From the human T2T-CHM13v2.0 reference genome, Homo sapiens: a DNA stretch of 64,000 nucleotides. Both the position numbers and the translations under genes were made by a program. Under the pieces are notes generated by a model, which was given only the letters and a program-made list of their open reading frames with translations, made no database searches and had not been told where the DNA came from. This document shows, piece by piece, positions 54,315-64,000 of the stretch. The DNA lies in assembly GCF_009914755.1 (NCBI RefSeq), contig NC_060926.1; one strand, written 5' to 3'. Position 1 is the stretch's first letter; each line of letters begins with the position of its first letter.

Positions 54315-55119
54315 CTGTCAGAAAGAAGAAAGACAAAAAACAAATTGCAGTTGTTAAAAAGCTTATATCAATAATGTATAATCATATAGCATCCAATTCA
54401 AAGTTCAGAATTATAAAAGGACTACTTTCACAAGGCACTAGGAAGAATATGTTTCAATTCCAAATGAGTCTTCATTTAAAGAGTCTTACTGTGGACTTTT
54501 GTGCCGTTTGTGCAAGTTCCAGAACTAATCTCAGCAGTGATTCAACCCTCACTCCATAAAAAGCATATCCAAAGAAATTTCCTAACATAAAAAGCTTATC
54601 TTTGCATACTCTACCCCAGAAATTTTCCCTTCATGTTTTACCTGTATTGAAGTAAAACCACAATGATTTCCACAGCCTATAAGGATTACCCTGCATCTGG
54701 ATAATTCATTCTAATTATACCCTTTAAAATTGGGTAAAGAGAATTTCATTCAACATGTATTTTTGATGCAAAATGCTTGCCTTTCTTTGAGTACAGTTTT
54801 AAAAATAATAATTGAAAAATAAATAAGAATATTTAGCTTATAATTCTTCTTAAAGCTCTTTGTTTTCTTGTTAAGTATGTTTGTGCTGTTGTTAATAAAT
54901 GATGCAAGTATTATTTTGGACTCTGTTCCTTAAAGCACTTTCACGCTTAAAACAAACAAGCTCCATAAGATTGAAACATATCATGCTGAAGATTATTGGT
55001 GACGAGGGCCTGAATATTTAGAGATAAAGACAGACTCTTGCTTTCTCTCACTTTTTTTAAACCACCTTGTGGATTAGTAGGAGATACAATTGGATATAAC
55101 CAAATTAAATAGTTGATAC

Positions 55120-55194
55120 CTTTGAATAATCACTTTCTAGATATACAAATTGCCGATCAGGTGATAAGCCGTAATTTGAAGCATTCACACTTTT
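55120..55194 (-). CDS. FAP: FAP exon 5 (75 nt): KSVNASNYGLSPDRQFVYLESDYSK
   Basis: Acceptor tttcag, donor AAG|gtatca; phase 0-0. Confidence 0.97.
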
Positions 55195-55667
55195 CTGAAA
55201 TTATGAAGAGGTTGATTAGAATACAGAAAAGATAACAAAGAACCATGTAAATTTGTAGTTTTAAAAGAATATTATATTATCAACATACTCCTACATGCAT
55301 AGACTTTCAATGCAATTGAAAAAAATATTTTGTGGAACTTAACTATAATTCAAAGAAATTTACTAGATACTATGGGAGAAGGATGCAAGAGATAATATAT
55401 ACTTTGTGATTTCAAGAAACATAAACTTTCTAAGGAGTAACATACTACAAATTAGGATGTTCTATAAAAGAGATTCAATATAGCAATTGCAAAATTATTA
55501 AGAAAGAAATGATTGAATTCAAATGAGAGGATTATTGATTGCAAAGAGAAAGAGAGTATTATCTAAACTTGGTTTCAAAAGAATAGTAGGTTTTTCAGGG
55601 TGGAGAAAGTTGGAGGACTGGGAGCCCAGTGGGACAGAACAGTTAAGTGCCCATACTTTATAGCTAC

Positions 55668-55910
55668 CACTTATTAAGCACTTATTCTATGTTAGGCACT
55701 GCCCTAAGCACTTGCAAATGTTATTTCATTTAATTCTTTTATTAACCAAAAGAGGCATTATTATTCCTACTTTACCAAGGAAAATACCGAGGCATAGTAA
55801 GATTGCTGTAGTGAAACCCCTTACCTAACCTTTCACGACCAGTAAGGGACTGAGCCAGGATTTGAACCTCAATTGGCTGACACTAAGGACTGAGTTCTTA
55901 ACTCCTATCT
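55668..55910 (-). mobile_element. MIR
   Basis: taggcactg..ctaagcactt..catttaatt..gagccaggatttgaacc. Confidence 0.7.
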
Positions 55911-56136
55911 TATGCTATACTATATTCAAAGAGGAGGAAAGATGCTAGTTGATTTACAAGAAGGCAAAGACAGTAGTCTAATGGGACTAGCAGACAGAAC
56001 GGGAAGACTCTAGTGGAGTATGGAGCTGGGAAGGCAAGTTGTGTCCAGATCAGGTGCTAAGACTTTGAACTCTGTTTCTTGGTCAATGAAGAGTGGGCAA
56101 AGGTTTCTGAGGGGGAAGATGATGTTGGATACATAC

Positions 56137-56231
56137 CATGGTTCTATTACTCAAAATGGTATATGATTGTCCTGTTTCAATATTATAAAGTACTATATTG
56201 TTATCTGCAGATTGATGAAGATATTCTTGTC
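56137..56231 (-). CDS. FAP: FAP exon 4 (95 nt): (G)QEYLHQSADNNIVLYNIETGQSYTILSNRTM
   Basis: AG/GT boundaries; peptide also visible in ORF 56083..56295. Confidence 0.97.
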
Positions 56232-57176
56232 CTTTAAACAAGAAAGAAAACAAAATGTAAATGATCTCTCTTAACATGAAATACATTCCTAACAAAAGAA
56301 ACCTCTCTATTTCACAGACCTACTTTGTTTTTCCTCTCTGTCCAGTACATATTGCTTTGTGATATGTAAAATAGTAAGTTGGTGGTAGAGGAAGAAGGTA
56401 GAATGCTTTGTTCTACTTCACACAAAGATGCCACATTTGCAAACAGCAGCCCTATTTTAGCCGATTCAGGGTGCTTAGGAACACAATTTTGTTTTCTCTG
56501 GGTTACAAAGGGGATAAACTAGTTTGAAGTGTATATTTCTTTTGCAGTAATAAACATAAATTACATTTAAGTTGTGTTTGGTTCAACTTAAAACTCACTT
56601 TGTATTAATTTTATTTTCTAAAGAGAAAAAATTAAAATATTCCATTTTGTTCAGTGACACTTAAGATACTCAACTAAAATGTCATAGACTATTTAGTTGA
56701 TCTCACTATTTATTTGATTAGATTTGCTTTATAACATCCTATTTTGAAAAGCTGTATGAAAATACCGATTTCATGACCCTTAAAGGGTTCATTGTCAGAT
56801 TGAGATTTGTCTGTTTTCCAGATTATCCAGATTAATAATGGAATTTCTCTTTTGGTAAAATTTTTGTGACTTCTCCTAAATAGGAATATATCTACCATTC
56901 TCAAAAGTGATTACAGAAGTTCAAATTATTTCAACAATGCATTTTCAACTTTTCCTTCTCTATTTAAAACTCTATTGGCCTCATTACTATGGCGCAAATC
57001 CAGTATGAATGGTTTTGTCAAAAGCGCTTTTTTGAGCACTTGAATCATTCAGATAATTGTTCTTTTTGTACATTTCAACTGATACGGCTTCAGTTACTAT
57101 AGAGATGTATTGGCACTAAAATAAAAACCAAACAAAATACATAAAAAAAACCCCTAAAGATAAATAATGCACTTAC

Positions 57177-57275
57177 CTGAAATCCAGTTTGGAAAAAATG
57201 TTTTATAAGAAAATGTTCCATTTAAAATATCCTTCAGTGTGAGTGCTCTCATTGTATTTTCTTCAGAGTTATGAA
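57177..57275 (-). CDS. FAP: FAP exon 3 (99 nt): (V)HNSEENTMRALTLKDILNGTFSYKTFFPNWIS(G)
   Basis: Acceptor ccccaaag, donor G|gtaagt; matches the FAP stalk and N-terminal region. Confidence 0.97.
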
Positions 57276-58299
57276 CTTTGGGGGAAGAGCAAATACATCC
57301 TTATTAAAAAGAAGGTTAACAACTCAAATAAATTCTAAGCCTGGCCTTCATCTGTTCTTTCTTATATAGTAATAAGATCTGCTGTTTGCTAAGTGGTTGT
57401 TGAACTCCTATCATCATAACTATTATTATTAATAGTAGTATCTCCTTTTTTGTAGATACAGTAATTAAGAATTAGGGAGGTAGTTTCACTGCCTGGAAGG
57501 GAAAACTGGCTGGAAACTGTAGAGGAAGATAAAGATTACAGAGGAAGGCCATGCAGAGTAGCTGGGGCATGATTCTTCAGGCAGTGAAGAGTTGTCAAGG
57601 TTTTCCAGAAGGAAGATGAGATGAGGTTCCAACAACTCTAGTCCTTGCAGAGCTGGGATTACAGACCATGTAGGTTTGGCTAAAATCCCAGTCTCTTATG
57701 CAGCTCACTGTATTTCCTCATATAGGTTTGGTTCAGATTTCAACTGATTTATCAATGATGTATTTTAGCATCCCAGTTGGTCAAATGAGATTGGCCAGAA
57801 CCCTTACCTTCAGAAATCTCAAGAAAGACATTATGAATGTAGGTAATTTTCTCATACTATGGATTTTTATATAAAGAAAGTAGACCAAAAGAAAAGAAAA
57901 CCCCTTGATCTATGCAAAATATCTTAGAAATTCCAAGAGTAGAGGGTTTTCTGTAGAAAAACTAATCTAATGCAGCTCACAAACCACAAACAAATTCAAT
58001 CTATATTTGAATACTTCAAAACCATTGTGTTTTTCAAACATGATCTTATTCTCAGAACAAACATTCATTACAGAGCCCTGAAGCAGTCAGATACACCAGA
58101 CAGATAATAAGGCAACCAAAGCCCAATGCCCTTTTTTATCAATATTGCCATTCTCCATCTCTCCCACCTTACCCCTTCCACAGGCCACTAAAACTTATAG
58201 GAAGATCCTATACCTTGAATGCCATTTATGAATCTGGTATTTGCCCAGGTGAGAACAAAACTGTCAAAGATGGGAGCTGTTTAACTTTATCCTGCTATA

Positions 58300-58862
58300 A
58301 AACTCGTAGCCCTCCATGACTCTTCCAGTAAAGACCACAGATGATGATCTGGTTGGACTACAGACACCGGCTGGTGTGGGGCAGTCTACCCTGCCAGCTC
58401 TTCTTGCTCCTCTCTCATTACTTTCTAGCCACTAACAAGCCAGTCTTTCTTTTCCTCAAATACTCTTTCTGTAGGGTGTCTACAGCCTTTTCTAGTCTCT
58501 CTCCTTTAATGCTCAATCCAAAAGCTATATACTTCCTCTGAGAAGCCCTTTCTGACCCCCTGGTTTAGATCAGGTTTCCTTTTATACATTTCCGTAGAGC
58601 ATGTTCCTTGCTTTTACAACACTCCTCTTGGTTTGTAATCGTGTGTATATTTGAGTGATTATTTGATTACTGTTTTCCCACCTCCCTCTGTATAATCAAA
58701 ACAGTTACCATAAGGCCAGGAATCATGTCTTGTTTTTCTCATAGCACATCCCAAGTGTCTAGCACATACAGGCATCTAATAAATAGTTGTTGAACAAATG
58801 AATGCATGAAATGAAGGCTGGCTGGATGGCTGGATGGCTGGTTGGGTGGCTGGCTGGATGAG
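58300..58862 (+). mobile_element. L2 3' fragment with a (TGGA/TGGC)n tail
   Basis: aataaatagttgttgaacaaatgaatg followed by tggctggatggc repeats. Confidence 0.6.
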
Positions 58863-61800
58863 ATGTGTGCCTTTTCTGAATTCCCTGTGTGGTTTTTGGT
58901 AAGTAGATCTCTGGTGCCTAGGCTTGCTCACTCATATTATGAGGTACTGGACTAGAAGGTGTTGGCAATCTCTTCCAGCTATACCATGCTAGATTTTGAA
59001 ATCTGAAACTCAACCTTCTCTATTAATCTTATAGTTACATTAAGTTCTGCTATGTATGTAGTAAGAGCAAAATAATAAAGTGGAATAATAACATCTTCTG
59101 TTGTTTTAACTGATTTACATTGATGCATGTATGCTCCACACTTTTGATTAGGACCATGAGTTTATTTCTTTCCTTAATTTGCAGCAACTTATTCCATGGC
59201 TGTAAGAATAGTGGCTGGTGAGCCCTTTTGCAACTAGACACTGAATACTTAATAGAATTGTTATTCTATTTTTTAAATAATTATCTTTCTGTGTTATCTG
59301 TGCATCCTAAACAAGGTTGTGTACACTATACAGTTATTTGTAATGAAATATCTTCTGTTTAATGAAATGGTATTATGTAGAATTCATACCATTGATTTTG
59401 TAATTCTCATTCAGTGAATAAAAGACCATTTACTACAATAGCATTAAAATAATTGCCAAGTATTGTATTTAATTCAACTTTATTTAACTTTCCTAAGAGC
59501 AAGTTGCAATCTGATTCTAATGTAATAAAGGGAAAATTATAACACTATTCATAGTGGAACTTATTTTCCACTTGAGACACATTTAGTTTGTGCCTACACA
59601 ATCCTGAATATCTAGATGGAAAATTTAAAAATGTATAAAGTCCATTTACTGTAAATACCAAGATAACAATTTTTTTAAAGAATGTTTTTGATATTAATTC
59701 AATAAATGAATATAACCTTAGTTATTTTTTAAAAAGTATAAATAATGCTTCAGTTATGGCTGGTGACATAGTTTTTCCTATTTAAGCATCTTTGCATATA
59801 ATTTTCCTTACTTGTGTTATGCTTAATTAAGACATTTATAGCTATAATTAATCTTCATTTTCATAGAAGTCTAAATCAAGTGAGATAATTCAACTAAAAC
59901 ATCTAGCTCTATGTGTGGCACATGGTAGCAGTCAATACATGTTACCTTTTAGCATTATCGTAACTCATCAGTATTTTTCAAATAAATGTTTTAGATCAAT
60001 GTTTCCCAAGCAGATTTGTCCACTGGGAATTTTTGCTTCTGAATATCTACTAAAACCACAGTTTGAGAAACACAGTTCCAGACAAGGCTATTAGTATATA
60101 CAATTGAGCTTTACTTTTATTCTAGTTTAATGAAGTTCATCAGTTATACTTGAACATTTTGTCTATTGCCTAGCTCCATAACTGAACTGTTACAATTAAA
60201 ATCATAAGTGCAATTTGTACTAATATTGTACAATGAATAAATAAAACATAAAAAACAACAGTTTCAAATTACTTTTTAAATACCTACTCATTTTCCTTTT
60301 CGTATCATTAAAAAGCATTTTGATCTTATCAGAGTTCTCAAAAAGATTCTAAGAATTAATTATTTATTCCTTTAAACCTCTAATTTAGTTTATCCAGGAA
60401 GGTTGGACTTGATACTATATTTCATATTACTTCCTAGTTAGCAATTAATTTTATATGAGTGCATAGTAGCTATAAATGCCAACAATCGATATAGAGAACG
60501 TAGCATATGACTCAAAAAATCTGTAAAGCAATTTTAAGCATGTACTAATTGTACTACTAATTGCCATAATGAAAATAATCCTCACCACCACCCAAGAAGT
60601 GATGAATGGATGTATGAATAACATATCCAGATAAGCCAGCTACATGTATGTGGGAATGGATTTCAGGCACAGATTGGGCTGGGATGATTACTCCTAACCT
60701 CACGTTAGCTTTGAAACCGTATCATATGTCATGTATCCAGGGCTTAGAAAGTGTAATTATGTTGATGTCAGGCTGGGTACATTAAGTTCATCCCCAATAT
60801 ACTCAGAGAAATTCAAATTAAGCATTCTTCTCTTCCTGCTAAACATGACCACGTGTTCATAAACACAGTGAAGTAATGTGTCTCCTTTGAGATGGTGCAT
60901 TAAGTCACATGTTAGAATAAGAATAAAACATAAAGATTACTTAGAATTTTCAATCCAAGCTTTGATTCTTTGTACATATGGGTTTTTGTTTTCTCAACAT
61001 TTATCTAAATTTATTGAACATGAATTTTTTCACATCTCTATATTTATGTGGCAAAGAATTGTATAAGACATAGGTCTCCACCCATAAAAGTAGAAGCAGT
61101 GATTGATTTTTCTCACTATTATACGTTCAGCTGCTAGGACAGTCCTTGACATAGCATGGGAGCTCAATAAATATTTGCTGAATTAAAAAAAAAACCAACT
61201 TGACAGATTTTGTGTTCGCTTGTTTTGAATAATTCCCCCGAGAATATATCTTCCCTTACTTTCTACCCTCTATTACATGTTGTAAATTTCATATGTAGAC
61301 TCTTTTGCCTTCATTTAAATATTTATAAAAATTTGGTCCTTGGAGCCCCTTGGAGTGTGCTTATATAAAAAACAGATTCCTAGTACTTATCTCAAACTTA
61401 CTGAATCCAAATCTCTGGGGGGTGGGGTCCTGGTAGTTTTAGTTTTTACCCAGTCTCCTTGATGATTCTTCTGCAAAGGTTCAGAATCTCAATTTAATGA
61501 TTTCACTGAATCTATTTTGCTCAATGCACTCCTGTGCCTATAGGAATCATTCCTTGACTACAAACTCACGGTAGGTGGGTGAGGCTGGCCTGCAGAGCAA
61601 TCCATATGTCATGGAGAAGAGATTCCACATAACTGAGTGTTGACCATGGCTTCCAAGGAATGTAAATGGCCTCCTTTAATGTTTGTCCCCCTGTTCAATG
61701 ACCTTGCTCATTGCCTTCAAATGCACTCTTCTTTAAGTATATTCCCTTTCCCAGACCTGGAAAAGTGGACAAAAGGCAAGGGGACTGATTCTACCCCAGA

Positions 61801-62879
61801 CTAGACTTAAGTAAGATTATGGAAAAAGCACTGGGGTCATTATTTTCTAGTGTTTGGAATGTGTGTATGTGTGTGTCTGTGTGTAAATCAGTATAAAATA
61901 TATCTCCACAGCATCAAATACACTAAATGTTCTAGTCACCCAGAAAATATTCCATTAATAATTATTGGATCAACAAATGAATTTTCATGTCCCCTTCCAA
62001 ATAATGTTTTAATATTAAATGTAATTACTTGATGATTTTGGAAGATTAGCTTTGACATCTATAATTTTTAAATTCTAATGGTTGAACAGAAGTAAACATG
62101 AATTCTGAAAGCATATCTCTCCTCTGTATATGTTAACACTTACTTGATTAGCTCTTAATTTTTGCCAGTGCCCTTAACTTCGTTTTGGCCCATCTTTAGT
62201 ATAGTTACTCATACATTGCTTAAACACTCTCATTAACTATGCTTTAATTATTTGCATTTTCAGCTTATTAAAGCAAAGCTGAAAATTATTTCAATTATGA
62301 ATCCAAGAAATTACAATTCACAGAAATGATTCACAAGCAAGTAATGATTTACTATTCTCTTAATTCTTTCTTAAAACGTTGTGCTTCAATTAGGCTTCTG
62401 TGTCTGTTTCTGCCATTTGATTGTCTAGTACTGAAAAATTAGGAATGGGTGTTAGAGCAGAGACATTGGATGTTAGTTCTAACCTTCAGCATAAACCAAA
62501 TGAGAAAATTAAGTGGCATACAAATGGCTGGCAGGTCCTTTTGTTCTCACTTTTGCACTTGATTTGTAATTGATGCATATGAGGTCATACCAAGGAAAGG
62601 GTCTAGGGCTCTCAGGGAAAACACATCCATCTTCCTGCTGGCTCTGCAGAGGTGCTACCTGTGGGGAGGTATCATCTCCAATTATCACACCGGGTTTTGT
62701 TTGTTTCCGGAGTGAGCACCACAGGGGCAAGGACAGGAAGTATTAGGATGGGAAATATACTATTTACAAGCTAATATGATCAAATTGGAACAAGACTGAC
62801 AACTCTGAAAAAAAAAGTACATGAGGTGGCTTTAGATGAGTAATAGAAAGTGTTATAATTTATAAGTTCTTGTACATAC

Positions 62880-63062
62880 CAAGTACTCTACATGTATAGT
62901 CCTGTTAAATCCTCACAGCAGCCATCTGAGGTAAATACTTTTGTGGACACCATTTTACAGATTAGGAAATGAAAATTAGCAAGGTGAGCTAACTTGCCTA
63001 ATACATAGAAAAGCTGGGGTTTAAATTCAGCTGCATCTGGTTTTAGATACTTTGCCACTATA
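62880..63062 (-). mobile_element. MIR
   Basis: aatcctcacagcagcc..gaggta..cattttacagattaggaaa..aacttgcc. Confidence 0.65.
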
Positions 63063-64000
63063 CTATAATTAAAGTATAAGTGTACACATAATAAAACAAC
63101 AACATACAACAAACACAAAAATAGGCAAGAACCAAGCAACACACAAAGGGGTAGAATAATTACACCTCAAAACCTAGGTTAAGAGAAAGTGAGGCAATTT
63201 GAGCTTTTTCAAAGCAAATAGGTTGCTAGCTATTATAAAACTACTTACTGCTACTATTATTACTGCCTACTTGAAGAATGTCTCAGCTCTAACAGCAATT
63301 TTCCATGGTTTTCTCTATGAACAATACTGAATAACATGAGTTATTCAAAGGATTTGCCGGGCTTTTAAAAATAGCCCATTTGTGTGTTATTTTATTGTTA
63401 TGTTATATTATTTTAATTAGGGTTCATTTATTTTTCTGGATAACTAAGGCTTTCAAAGATCATAAGATATAATCAACCTAATGTGTAAGAACATGAATGG
63501 CAAATGACCCTCTGGTGACTCTGAAGATGAAAGCAAGCCTTGTTTATTTTTGAAGACATCAGTCTCCTTTGCCAGCTCATTTTCCTCTAATCTCTACTTG
63601 ACATTTTGGCATGGCTGTTACTGCTTCTACATGGGGCTGGAGGAAGAGCAACTTTCCTAGGTCATTTCGTTCTCCCAAGGTTTCTACTACATATCCCTGG
63701 GCTGACCCACCCCCTCACCCCACTACCACACCTGACTTTCACTGGATTGTCTTTTGAACTCCAGACACGTACATTAAACTTCCTCTTTAAAATCCCCACT
63801 TACATATCTCACAAGCACTTCAAAATCAATATGTTTAATGCTAAGAAAAAAAATTCTGTGCTCCTCTTCCAAATTTCTCCAAGTAAATGGCACTACCTAC
63901 CATTCATGTAGTTTCTCAATACAAACATTTTGGTGTGATCCTTGACCTTCCTCTTCCTTAACCAACACCCAGGCCTGCCAACCCTGTCTACTGCTTGTCT

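Overview
This is AT-rich mammalian genomic DNA; Alu elements mark it as primate, and the protein matches human as far as I can read it. The window holds most of the FAP gene (fibroblast activation protein alpha / seprase, DPP4-family S9B prolyl peptidase) on the minus strand. I traced 24 consecutive coding exons (exons 3-26 of the 26-exon gene) from 57275 down to the stop codon at 1633. All have GT-AG boundaries and consistent phases. They sum to 2192 nt, which with the 91 coding nt expected from exons 1-2 (outside the window) gives the 760-aa protein. A ~290-nt 3'UTR with a canonical poly(A) signal ends near 1340. The introns contain Alus, LTRs, MER20/MER5, L1/L2/MIR fragments and microsatellites. 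Almost all ORFs in the supplied track are spurious. I found no convincing new biological system. The best leads are: a nested duplication with a head-to-head Alu pair ~35 bp apart; a strong CTCF site with its upstream module; active-site residues that sit at exon junctions; a sense-oriented LTR upstream of the exons encoding the short catalytic isoform; a cluster of GCAC(G) motifs after exon 14; a possible Gypsy/SCAN-like relic; and possible antisense exons over the 3' end. Repeat subfamily names and residue functions come from memory, not from a search.
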